This document shows positions 1-12,125 of a stretch of DNA of 64,000 nucleotides, piece by piece. This stretch comes from Octopus sinensis (lineage: Eukaryota), in NCBI RefSeq assembly GCF_006345805.1, contig NC_043006.1:15376001-15440000 (forward strand), in the 5' to 3' direction. Each line of letters begins with the position of its first letter. The first letter of the stretch is position 1. A model generated the notes under the pieces. It saw nothing but the letters and a program-made list of their open reading frames with translations. It did no database searches and was not told where the DNA came from. Made by a program: the position numbers and the translations under genes.

Positions 1-467
1 GTTACTAGAATGAACAGTAATGTAAAAATTGTAATAAGATAGATTGGTTCAATAATTTAGCCATTAAATTATATTAAATACTGACCAATTAGTAGCAACA
101 AATAGTATCAGTAATATAAATAGCAATCGTAGTTTTTGATGGAGCATTTTGTCATTTATGAGAAAAATATGGCTCCCGCTATGACTAATACATTTTTATT
201 GATAATTTTCATTTTTTGATATCACAATTGGTGAAGAATACCAACATGGATACAGTCTTCCACATACCAATCGATAGTTCTCGACTCTTCTGACAAAGGG
301 AGAATCAGTCCAAAATTGTGCAATTAAATTCATCTGAAAGACACCGGTTTTCTGCTTTCCGGTGTCATCACTAACTTATGTTTGTCCTCAAAGGATATAC
401 ATAGAAGCACACACACAGAGGCACATACACATATATATATATATACTAACACACATTTGCACACATA

Positions 468-1032
468 CATGAAGGTTGTACCGAAAGCAATGAAAATATG
501 GACATAGCTGTTATGAACTGACGTAGGACGATCCAACTCTCCCTTCATAATAACTCTTTCTGCTCTTCTTTATTGCAGACAAATAATGAATTCCAAGCAG
601 AGGCAACGTATCGTCATTGAATTTATGACGTCACACGGGTGCAGGGTATTTGATATCAACAGAAGGTTTCAGATTGTCTAGAGAGAAGGCACCATTGAAA
701 CAGCAACGGGCTGTGGAGGCGCAATGGCCCAGTGGTTAGGACAGCGGAGTCGCTGTCGGAGGATCGTGGTTTCGATTCCCAGATCGTGCGTTGTGTGTGT
801 TTATTGAGCGAAAACACCTAAAGCTCCACGAGGTTCCGGCAGGGGGTCCGTTCGCTCAACAGCAACGGGCACGAGCATATGAAGATGAAAAAAAGCGAAA
901 ACCAGTATTGAAAGCAAACCGCAAACTGGACGACTATTACCTGCGATCACTGACATGAATCGCCAGCAAATGGACAAACTGATTCGCACGGACAGATGAA
1001 TCACAATCTGTGAGGTTGCTGCACAACTAGAC
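468..1032 (+). mobile_element. Decayed mariner/Tc1 transposon 5' part (TIR-like start and N-terminal HTH region of the transposase), interrupted by a SINE
   Basis: Manual translation from ATG 586 gives MNSKQRQRIVIEFMTSHGCRVFDINRRFQIV*, and after the SINE ...KTSIESKPQTGRLLPAITDMNRQQMDKLIRTDR*ITICEVAAQLD. This resembles the mariner pattern (R.VI.F...G.S..EIHRRL; TS..D.PRSGRP..A.T..N...V..LI..DRRIT..EIA..L). In-frame stops are present. Confidence 0.75.
712..857 (+). mobile_element. 3'-truncated tRNA-derived SINE (same family as 52442-52829 and 53435-53827) with 13-bp TSD
   Basis: Head GGAGGCGCAATGGCCCAGTGGTTAGG...GGTTTCGATTCCCAGA has A/B-box-like motifs. Flanked by AACAGCAACGGGC at 699-711 and 858-870. 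Confidence 0.85.
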
Positions 1033-4000
1033 CGTGAGCACGTTAACGCTGGCGTCTCTCAATCAAGAACCATTCTTCGTGCGCGTGCGCTAGCAGTATC
1101 GACGAAACTCAATGCTGTCATCTCCCATCTTTTCTAGAAACACTTCTATCAACTCTCTTTCTATAGACACGAAGTACATCTAATGTTCTCACGCATTCAT
1201 TCATTCATTCAACGCTACCACACTACAGACATCTCTATAAAACACAATTTTCAGTAATATTATACAAGACATTATTAACATTGTACATAACCCACTGCTA
1301 CAATAAACTTTACTATTGAACAATTTGAGCTTTGTCGTCTTTCTATGTATACCAACCACAAGTTGAATTTTGTCTGTCTGTCTCTGTATACCAATTACTG
1401 TTGAACGAACACACAGACACAGTATCCACAATTATCGTCGCCGACATCGTCTCTTCAACCAACAACTACGGAGCCAAACTGACGTGAGAACAACTTTTGT
1501 GAAACTAATAACCAACGGACAAGATAAGGTGGTGGTATTCTCATACCCACTACACTAGTCAACCTGGCTGTGAACACTCCATTGGGCCATAGCTACACGT
1601 TAGCTATGAAGATAGTGAACTCATCATACTAGTGACCAATTCACTAGACTGGTGATGCCATCGCTAAAGGTATTTCTGTTTGTTGCTGTTTAACTCTTTG
1701 GAAAAGTTGGCTTCCAAAACTTAATACAAATTTGTCAAAGGAGTAACATCTACCAAAAAAGTTTTCTTTTATTTGGTAATTATCATTTATTTTCTCTTTT
1801 AAATAGGAGTTCCGATGAATCACTTCTAGTATCGTCAGAAAGCAACTTTGATATAATATTTCGTATATCACTATTAAAAGTGTTAAAGTATCGAATGAAT
1901 TGGTTTTTGAATAAAAGGCCACGATATTGCAAGAAAAATCTCTTTAGAATGGCACATAGAAATATCGACTGCATATTGATAAGTTCTTTCAACTCTCTCC
2001 CTTTCATTATAACAGGCTTTTTTTAGTCTATTCTTTCCGATTAGCTCATTATTTTTGCAATAATATGGTAAATCCAAGATTGTTGAAAGTTTCATTAATG
2101 GAATAAATGAAGATAGAGTTAATCTTGACCTGAGCCGTACATACGTTCTCAACATACATTTTATTAATTTGAGCAATAAGATTCAGATAAAGGCTTCACA
2201 GACGACTATGTGTATTCAGCATCTGTTCTAAATATATAACGTATACACAAGACGAATATTTCAATAAGTGTAATGATTAAATCTTTCAAACAAAAGGAAA
2301 AGAAAATAGATAATGAATCGAGGTAGCTCTAAATAGAATATATGTGCATTTATTATACTTCAGGATTATCTTGTTACATGTCAACATTATTGAAAATCTC
2401 ATCGAACCAATGCAAGGGACTGGTTTCAAAAAATCTTTATTAAAATTTGATTGTATCTAAACTTTCTTAATTAAATGTATAAAAGAATTTAAAGTTTTGT
2501 TTTGTTATCTTGAAACAGAATCTCTATCTCTCTCTTTCTCTCTCTCTATCTCTCTCACACACACGCATATATATACACATATATATATAATATAAATAAC
2601 ATATAAATATATGCATATATACATACATATATGTAAAAAGCTGCATATATATGTATATATATGCATATATGAGTACAGGACATCAAAAAAACGTTGAACA
2701 CAATGAAAAACGAAAACATGAAAACAAAAACATAGAAAACGAACTTTTTTCGAACAAACAGAGAAACTAGACATGCAACATAAAGAATATTCCCCTTCAT
2801 CAGTAGTCCCTGTTTCATCTACTCCGCGTTACCAGACCTTTTCACAAACCGTTCACAAAATGAAAATATATTTCTGTACTATGAGCAAAAAAAAAATGCT
2901 TGGGTAAACAAAATGAATTCTTTCCGAATTTTTACTGATGTACACCATTAATTTCCTTCGGCTCAAGTATACATTGCATTCATTATTTTGTATTATTCCC
3001 TACTAAAAGGGGAATTGAATATTCATTTAATTCTTCAAATATGGTTTTGGTTTGGAAGGGAAGTTTATAAAATTCAATAGATTGTATGTTATGAAATATA
3101 CTGTTTGTGAAAGTCATATGGCATTTTATAGCAGATCATAAGTTTATATCCAACAATATATTCCACAATTACTAAACATCTCCATGCAATGTAACAACCA
3201 TAGTAGTAGCAACTTTTATTGCACACCAGAACATTATCTATTTGAATATCGGTTTAGAGAGCTATGTACACAGAGAGCATAAGACAAATATATATTTTTA
3301 TTATGTGAGTTATCAAAGGGAAACGATATGGAAAATTGTGTGTGTTAGTTTAATTTAAATGGCTGAGATTGATACAGATGTCAGAGTTATTGGACGCTTT
3401 ATTAAGCACTACGATCGTTTCGGCTAACTTCTGCATAGCTCCTTTATATGTGGCGACGATATAATGGAATCGATGGGGTATGCTCATAGATTTTCTTTTG
3501 CCAAATAGCCCTCACAAGGTACTGGTTGACAGGTCTAAGGTTCTGATAAGATACTCTTGCTCCATTCTCTGCTCTGTGAAGCCGAAGGATTGGCGAACTT
3601 ACTTCACATCTATGCCTTCGTCCATGTAGTACTAGGCTAATATAAACTGATTATTGTTGCTTGACCCGGTGTCAACCTTGATCGAACATACTTATGACTA
3701 AATGCACTACAACTATGGAAACCTCGTATTTTTACGTTTATTTAGGACACTGCGATCTTCCATTTTTTTAAGACGGTAAGGTTATTTTAGAGAGTTTTGA
3801 CTGCTATTTCTTGAAGGTTGAGCAATCATAAAGAGTTTCACAAGTTAGTTCGGATAGAAAGAAAGCTGTTATATATGGGGTTATAATTGGTCCAATGAAT
3901 CTCACTACGTCTGTAACCTCAGTAGGCATTTTGGCTTCACATTGTCTCGCGTTATACTTCCTTGAAAAAATTTGATTCTGTTAAAATTCCAGTCATCAAC

Positions 4001-4636
4001 AACTTATGTATTGGGGTTTGGTGCAGCGGAATTTAAAATTGATGAAGCTAGCTTTAGCGGCTGTCTATATTTCCGAGTGGTCAATTTAGAAATATACCCG
4101 ATTTTTTCGTCACTATATTTAACAATAAAAAACACGTTCAATTTGTAGAGCCAAACTTAAAATCAGCAGGCTTTAAAGACATAAACATACGTTTTTACCA
4201 TTTTAGTCTTTTAATAATAAATATAAATTATTGGAAATATCATAATTATATTAATGTCAATCGATATTGAGTGGGAGAACAAAAATATTTATTTTATTTA
4301 ATTTGTCTAGGTATAACAAAGAAGACAATTGTAACGCGTTTACTGAATCTAGTCAAAAATTTAAAATAAATATCGGTTAACCTATCGATTCCTTCAGTCA
4401 CTATTCAGTGTAATGAATTAAAGAAAACTTCAAGTTGCTGCCTAACAAAGCAAATATCGATTTCTGTTAGGAGACCTCTGGAAAGAGAGAGAGAGACCTT
4501 ACCGAAGAAGTAGGATAAAAACAAACATTACACAACTTGGGCAGAACAGAAAACATATATTATTGCGATATCTTGGCAGAAATAATGGACAAACACACGA
4601 CAAAAGAAAACATATATACGAACATACGGACATAAG

Positions 4637-5395
4637 CACATACATACATACATACATACATACATACATACATACATACATGCATACATACATGCATACA
4701 TACATACATACATACATACATACATACATACATACATCATACATACATACATACATACATACTTACATACATACATACATGCATGCATACATACACACAT
4801 ACAATACATACATACATACATACATGCATGCATGCATACATACATACATGCATGCATGCATACATACATACATACATACATACATACATACATACATGCA
4901 TACATACATACATACATGCATGCATGCATGTATACATACATACATACATGCATGCATACATACATACAAGCATGCATGCATACATACATACATACATGCA
5001 TGCATGCATACATACATACATACATACATACATACATACATACATGCATACATACTTACATACATACATACATACTTACATACATACATACATGCATGCA
5101 TACATACACACATACAATACATACATACATACATACATACATGCATGCATGCATACATACATACATACATACATGCATACATACATACATACATGCATGC
5201 ATGCATGTATACATACATACATACATGCATGCATGCATACATACATACAAGCATGCATGCATACATACATACATACATGCATGCATGCATACATACATAC
5301 ATACATACATACATACATACATGCATGCATACATACATACAATCATGCATACCTGCATACGTACTTACGCATACATACATGCATACATACATAAA
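4637..5395. repeat. Compound (CATA)n/(CATG) microsatellite, about 760 bp
   Basis: Direct reading; it accounts for the many MYVC/HTYI ORFs in the track. Confidence 0.97.
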
Positions 5396-5971
5396 AACTT
5401 AAATACATGCAAACATACATAGATTCATATACACATACATGCATACATACATACGCACATACATACACGCATTCATACACATACGCACAATCAAGTAAAT
5501 AGTCTACCCTCGTGTATATCATATCATATATCATTTTTGTCTTTCTTGCTCAAATAGATACTGCTGACCGTTCTCTTAGTATTTCTCTTAGCTCAGTTTC
5601 GTTTCATTTATTTGGATAACGTAGGCAATGAATGTGTTATGCGCTTTTATGCAATTGGCTAAGCGTCATGTTTGCGTAATAGAAAATGGAACTGCTATGG
5701 AGTAGACACATGGTTCAGTTAGAAACAAGTGCCCAGAGGTTCTTCGGGGAACCATACTTCTCTTTTCATTCCTAAAACTTGAGGTCACTTTCCGTTGAAG
5801 TTTTCAGTCGTTTCTAATTGCCACCAAACTATTGTTAAACCATCTCCAGAAGCGAAGATAATTTTAATGAAACAAGAATTTTTATGATATTTTGTATAAC
5901 CGTATTTGTCTTTGCCGTTCAAAAGCATACCACTGGGCATTGTGAGTTATTTCTTTTATCTCGATTTCATT

Positions 5972-6007
<36 letters not shown>

Positions 6008-6239
6008 CCTAGTCAAGGGATATCTAAAAATCAGTCTTTATCGCAAGGTACTAGAAAAATACGGCAACCCATTCTCCCACTACATAGAATATAACTAGAA
6101 GAGGTATCTAGATTACTGTTTCATTATTTAGCATGAAAGTATAGAGACTTAAAGAATTTCAAGCACTTATAAAAAACGTTGTATTCGGTACAGTTACAAC
6201 CCATGAATTTATTCAGAACAATTTCAGTCACTACTATTA

Positions 6240-6668
6240 CAACCACAACAGATTACTTTTAGGTCACTTAGCCATTTAAAAGGATTCCGCCCACGTACTA
6301 CTACTGTCATACCACTCCTGTCTTTTTATTATTCTTTTCTCTTCTTTTCTTACTCCCCCTTCTTCTTCTTCTTCTTCTTCTTCGCCTCCTTCCTCGGCTA
6401 CTACTACTGCTTAAACAATCAAAACCATGAACTCATATCAAGTATTCTTTTAGCACAACCACAACAGGTTACTTTTGGGTCACTTAGCCATTTAAAAGGA
6501 TTCCCCCCACGTACTACTACTGTCATACCACTCCTGTCTTTTTATTATTCTTTTCTCTTCTTTTCTTACTCCCCCTTCTTCTTCTTCTTCTTCTTCGCCT
6601 CCTTCCTCGGCTACTACTACTGCTTAAACAATCAAAACCATGAACTCATATCAAGTATTCTTTTAGCA
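6240..6668. repeat. Tandem duplication, two copies of about 216 bp
   Basis: CAACCACAACAG...GTATTCTTTTAGCA at 6240-6455 and 6456-6668, with a few substitutions and a (TTC)n length difference. Confidence 0.95.
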
Positions 6669-6846
6669 CTGCCACTACCTGCTACCGAGCCTTCACAAGA
6701 ATAAAAAAGAGAAACAGACAGACAGAAAAAAGAAAAATGTCCCTTGTATTTGAAAACTTTGGAAATATCTAAAAAAAAACATTTTATTGAATTTTTTCAC
6801 GATTTAATTGTCTTTCATGCTTTACTCTAAGTTGAAAAAGTCGCCA

Positions 6847-7021
6847 ATACTGAAACCGGTTCTAAAATGTTCTTCACCATAAAATTATTTTAGCATTTTC
6901 TACCTTGTCTTATTTTCTTTATATATATATATATATTATATATATATATATAAAGAAAATAAGACAAGGTAGAAAATGCTAAAATAATTTTATGGTGAAG
7001 AACATTTTAGAACCGGTTTCA

Positions 7022-7025
<4 letters not shown>
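6847..7025. repeat. Perfect 74-bp inverted repeat centred on (TA)n
   Basis: 6847-6920 is the exact reverse complement of 6952-7025; the spacer is an (AT)n run. Confidence 0.97.
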
Positions 7026-7053
<28 letters not shown>

Positions 7054-7482
7054 GCTCAAACACGCGCATATAAGAGAGATATATTCTCCACGGTAACTGC
7101 ATGGTATTTGCCTTTTAGCAGGTGAAATATGTCATAAACATATTTCAATAAACGGAAATTCTGCTTATGCCTAAACACTGTTTAGCGCTAATATCCTTGT
7201 TATTTTCCTTGATCGGTCGATCTGCTAGCGCAAATCAGTCAACATTTATTATACATGAAGTTGTGGCTTTATAAGTTCGTTCAGAGTTCCATCCCTTAGG
7301 TACATCTCATTGACAAGAGCCAAGAAGCTTGGAACATCGATGTCTGGGATTCGTATTAGATGGCGACACTGAATATAGATATATTTTCCACAGTAAGTGC
7401 AGTGTATTTGCATTTTTGGCAGTTGAAATGAATCACAAACATATTTCAACTATCCTAAATTCTGCACACACACACACACGCG

Positions 7483-7514
<32 letters not shown>

Positions 7515-8389
7515 CACACACACACACACACAAACACTCACACACGGATATATATATGATGTTAAGCAAAGGAATGTTTGAAAATGTGTGAAGTTTAATA
7601 TTGCTGTTTCAGCATTAAATTTCTTATAGTTTCATCAAAGTAGAAAATAATTTGATAATGTTCGTTTTATTTCGTATCGTCTGTCGCTAATCTTGGTGGC
7701 ATTAGAAATATTACTTAATGTTTAGATAGTGAATGACGTTTTGACTAAACCTCTTGCCAATCAGAGTTGACATGAAAGCCAACAAAGACAACTCCACCAC
7801 CGCCGCCGCTACCATTGCCACCACCACCACCACCACCACCACCTCACCATCGCCGCCGTCACCACTACCACATTTGAAACTCTACCGTTGATTCGGGGAG
7901 CCAAAAATTTATCTGAAAGAACCTTTAACAGCAAATACCTAAATATCATAGCATACTTAATCTTTTAAGATGAGCTTCATTCAATTAAGTGTAAAACTCA
8001 AATGAATAGTTTTCTTCCGGTAGAGAGTGGAGGCAATTAAAGGTCTCTTTCTCCCTCTCTCTCCCTCTCTCTCACTCTCGCTCTCTCTAGCTCTCATAAT
8101 TTTCTTCACGCATATTCACGCACAAATACTTTCCACCAACTAACACTTTTTCTACTCATACCACAAGCCATATAAATCCCTAAATTACATACATATTCAT
8201 TCCACTCACTCTGAAACTAACATCAACCACATAGTATCCAACATCTCCCATTGATTATCATACTTTTCTGTCAACGAACAAATATTGTCTTGTACAGCTC
8301 CTTACTTAGTTGATGCATTATCTACAAGCATTTATAAAGGAAATGTCTGTTACATAAACCCAGTCCCATTTCAGTAGCATCAAGAAAGA

Positions 8390-8900
8390 AACTGTAACAG
8401 AAAAGAAAATATTACGGGATTCACACCTTCCTACAGCATCAGTGTAGTTTTGACAATCGCCGAAAATTTCCTCGCTTTACTTAGAAAATAACTCTCAGAA
8501 CACAAGTTCTATGAAATGTACAACAAAGATACAATTTAAATTGTGTGTTTAATCAACTCTGAATATAATCAGCTGTTATCCACACCTAACTTTCAAAAGG
8601 TTGATAAAAATAATAACCATACTCCTACCAAATCCTACACCTGCGCCAACACCAGCATTCACTCGCTCAATAACAATTGCTTGGTTAAGGACATTATCTG
8701 CAAACGTATAGCCAACACCAATAAGTCTTTTAAAGCCTAAGCATGTATTGCTTTCAACCTCTTCAAAGGTAGATACAATTCACATACTTATTTAATGAAT
8801 CTCAATAAATTGAATCAAAGCCCATTATTTGCTAATCCCGCGATCTTATGAAAGCAAATCAGGAATACACAATCCAAATCTTTCTACTAACGAAAATTTG
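8390..8900 (+). mobile_element. Highly decayed Penelope-like element fragment (RT-to-GIY-YIG linker and endonuclease start)
   Basis: Manual translation RKENITGFTPSYS...IAENFLALLRK...YNKDTI and CANTSIHSLNNNCLVKDIICKR...FKGRYNSH resembles PLE RKRNIIWFNPPYS...IGKKFL.LI...FN..TVK and C.C.....CPL.G.CL..NIIY...FK.RYNNH. Confidence 0.65.
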
Positions 8901-9156
8901 ACAATCCTAATCTCTCCATAAGACCATTTTAGCATAAGCCCTGAAAGGAGTATTTTAACTCATAAAATCTACTGGACATATAAACACTTCAATGTTTCCG
9001 ATTTTACTAATCAGAAACTGTTTAAAAAACTAACCCATTTTCAGCTATGTTCACTTGCTCATTTACGAATCACATATTTATTTCTATATTCATATATATA
9101 TACACAATAATATATTACAAAAAGTATATGCATATATCACATTTATATGGGCACAT

Positions 9157-9380
9157 TTAAGGCGGCGAGCTGGCAGAAACGTTAGCACGCCTGGCGAAAT
9201 GCGTAGCCGTATTTCGTCTGCCGTTACGTTCTGAGTTCAAATTCCGCCGAGGTCGACTTTGCCTTTCATCCTTTCGGGGTCGATTAAATTAAGTACCAGC
9301 AACGATGTAATCGACTTAATCCGTTTGTCTGTCCTTGTTTGTCCCCTCTGTGTTTAACCCCTTGTGTGTGGTAAAGAAAT
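9157..9380 (+). mobile_element. tRNA-derived SINE (GGCGGCGAGCTGGCAGAA family) with 25-bp flanking duplication
   Basis: Matches copies at 36471, 46279, 56621 and 58676. ATATATCACATTTATATGGGCACAT occurs at 9132-9156 and 9381-9405. Confidence 0.9.
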
Positions 9381-9618
9381 ATATATCACATTTATATGGG
9401 CACATATGAATAATAAACACAAGCATATACATATCATTTCGTCTTGTCACTTCCTGTTAACTAAGTCACTACTTTCTTCACACATTATTATTTTAAAATA
9501 AATTCCTCTTTCGTTAATCAAATATATGGTGAAAGAGTGTAACTTGTATGAAGAACTAACATTGCAATATATTGCAAACGTATTCTTGCAAAAGTATGAA
9601 AGCTTGACATTTCTTCAG

Positions 9619-9731
9619 CGTGGAACGGTAGAACCGCTGATCTTGGAGACCATGTACAACTTCGTGACCAGCGTACGTTAAAGATGTTATATTCAGCATG
9701 CAATAATCGAAACCTTCTTACACTGGCCAAA
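9619..9731 (+). CDS. Candidate internal coding exon of an unidentified gene (phase 1 to 0; WNGRTADLGDHVQLRDQRTLKMLYSACNNRNLLTLAK)
   Basis: Acceptor CTTGACATTTCTTCAG, donor AAA|GTAAGC, one frame open throughout, GC-richer than the flanks. No homology recognised. Confidence 0.3.
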
Positions 9732-10435
9732 GTAAGCAACATAAAACCTATTTCCTTTGATTAAACATAATGCTAATCTTTGTAGAAAAAATGTAGAAGT
9801 CGATTAAATTCACTGTTACTTATTCTTCTGCAGAGTAATGAAAGGCAAATCAGCAATCGCTTGGATTCCAATTCAAACGCAGACAGACATTGACAACTAA
9901 TGTAAATATCTCTATTGATTGTATCACTTTAGTAACGTTCTTAAGAAAGAAATATGAAGGAAAAAACAAACGATATAAATCCTTATATTCCAGAATAAAA
10001 AATACTGATTCATATTGAATGGAAAATATTAATCAGTTATAAGAAATTAAGATCTGATATCGTGATATGAAGTTCTAAAGAATTCTTAATAAAACAAAAT
10101 CAATGGTTTGATAGATTGAATAATATAAAAAAAACAGATTTTAATCACCTATATCAATATAAATATGCATAATGTATAATAATCAATATATAATAATAGT
10201 TGCTATAAATGTTGGTTGATTTCTCCAAACAGGTTTAACATCGTATAGAGAGAAAGTGTGTGTGTGTGCGTGTGTGTGATAGAGAGAGGTGGGATAAAAG
10301 AGAGATACAGAGAGAATTCACGAAAGAAATGAAGAATGAGAACACTTAGTAGGCCTGGTGGCAGGAGGAGACGAGAGAGTAAATGACAGAGTAATTATGG
10401 ACTTGTATGAAATGAACGAAAAATGCATTACGTAA

Positions 10436-10821
10436 TCTATATATATAAAGCTGAAGTTGTCTGTGTGTGGCAGGTTTGGTAGCCTTCAACTAACACTATC
10501 TCCTCCGAGACCCTGCGGCGCAAGTTGACCAAAATTGAGAGTATGATAGAAAGCTTGCTCTTCATTCCGTAGCAGATAAAATTCAAATCGAACCAGGTTA
10601 AGACAAAAATTTTTTAAATAAAAAATGTGCTTTTTTCCTATGAAAATCCCTATTTTTTACGATTTTTTCACTGCTGTATCGCTATTTTTCGGTGTATTTC
10701 AAGTAGAAAAATGTTCACTTAAAGAGAATAACAAGCTACATAATGCAAAATGTTTACTTTTCAAAAATTCTAATTCTAAAGAATCGAAACAAACCCGAGC
10801 AACGCCAGGCGATACTGCTAG
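10436..10821 (+). mobile_element. Non-autonomous Helitron
   Basis: Starts A|TCTATATATATAAA; subterminal hairpin CCCGAGCAACGCCAGG; ends CTAG|T. Confidence 0.85.
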
Positions 10822-11992
10822 TTATATTTAAAGGTAACAAATGTATATATATTTTTGAAAATTACTATTCATCTCATCTTTTCGTATTAGAGTTAACGAT
10901 GGAGAATTGCCTTGAAGAATTTTAGTCGAAAGAATTGACCCCAGTAACAATATTTTAAAGCTTGGTACATATTCTATCGGTCTCTTTCTCGGGATGCGAA
11001 CACCAGTTATCAAGCGATGGTGAGGTAAAAAACACACAAAGACACACACACGCACACACACACGCACACATATACACATGACGGGTTTTTAAAAATTTCC
11101 ATCTGCCATATTCCATAAGCACTCATGAAAGCTATGATGGGCTAAAAACTATAGTAGACGACACTTGCTCAAGGTTCCACTCAGTGGGACTCAACCAAGG
11201 ACCATGTGATTGAGAAGTAAACGTCTTACCACACAGCCGTGCCATATTTGCTGATATTACTCACGGCTATAAAAATATACTCGCAAAGTTTCCTAGTATA
11301 CACATAATAGTAAAAAATCTCAACAAATATATATAGGTTTTGCGTTATTTCCAATCGACAGTGTATTATGCACATAAGTCGTCAACAGAATAAAAGAACT
11401 AAAAGTTAGATTATTTCAGACTCATACCTGATACTAACTACATATAATTTGTTTTCATTTGTCTTTTGCAAGTTTCCTGCTTCAAATCCGTTATACAACT
11501 CAAAAGTAATAGGACAATTGCAAATATTTGGTAAAAGTTTTAGTTGAGTTTGCTTCCAGACACCATTCTGTTAATAAATTCTTGACATTTTCTATTCAAC
11601 CAACATGGAGACTGAAAACATATTAGCTTCCGTTATGCAGCTAAGCAGTTTCATAGATTTCGTTTTGTTTTCGTATAAATGTGATTACTATACTTCCTGG
11701 TCTAGATATTTGATGACATAACTGAATGCAGATTGGATTGTCAGAGCAAAGATTTACAGATATCAAGTAAATTTAAGTCGCAAAAACAAAGAGTTTCTTT
11801 CGTGAAAATATTACTACTTAAAGAAAGTACTAAGTAAAGGTAACTATTCATTTGTCATGTAAAGCAACATAAAATACGAAAGATATATCTGCCTGAAATA
11901 TCGGGACGCAACAAATTCCGTTTCGAATCACAATTTGAATCATTAAATATTTAAAATTTCTCAATATTGGTAATGTAAAGGATTATGAATAT

Positions 11993-12125
11993 GGAGGCGC
12001 GTGGCTTAGTGGTTAGGGTATCAGGATCATGATCGTAAGATAGTGGTTTCGATTCCTGGACCGGGCGACGCGTTGTATTCTTGAGCAAAACACTTCATTT
12101 CACGTTGCTTCAGTCTACTCAGCCC
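11993..12125 (+). mobile_element. tRNA-derived SINE head with CORE-like segment (partial)
   Basis: GGAGGCGCGTGGCTTAGTGGTTAGG...GGTTTCGATTCCTGG...TTCTTGAGCAAAACACTTCATTTCAC; a related copy is at 62836-62960. Confidence 0.75.

Noticed and set aside
712-790. SINE heads as tRNA genes (here and in the other SINE copies)
   Set aside because: They have A/B boxes but no complete cloverleaf and run directly into SINE body sequence.
1644-2176. Overlapping minus-strand ORFs ending in ...QTEIPLAMASPV, faintly like the PLE RT motif G.AMGSP
   Set aside because: The similarity is limited to a few residues and no second RT motif could be found.
2690-2830. CTGATGA on the minus strand in a PLE-end-like repeat, considered as a hammerhead
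   Set aside because: There is no correctly placed GAAA, stem III and UH with complementary stems.
4499-5534. Long ORFs of 170-279 aa (HTYI/MYVC repeats) and similar ORFs at 31.0, 38.3, 39.9, 48.1, 51.8 and 62.6 kb
   Set aside because: They are translations of tetra- and dinucleotide microsatellites that lack stop codons, not genes.
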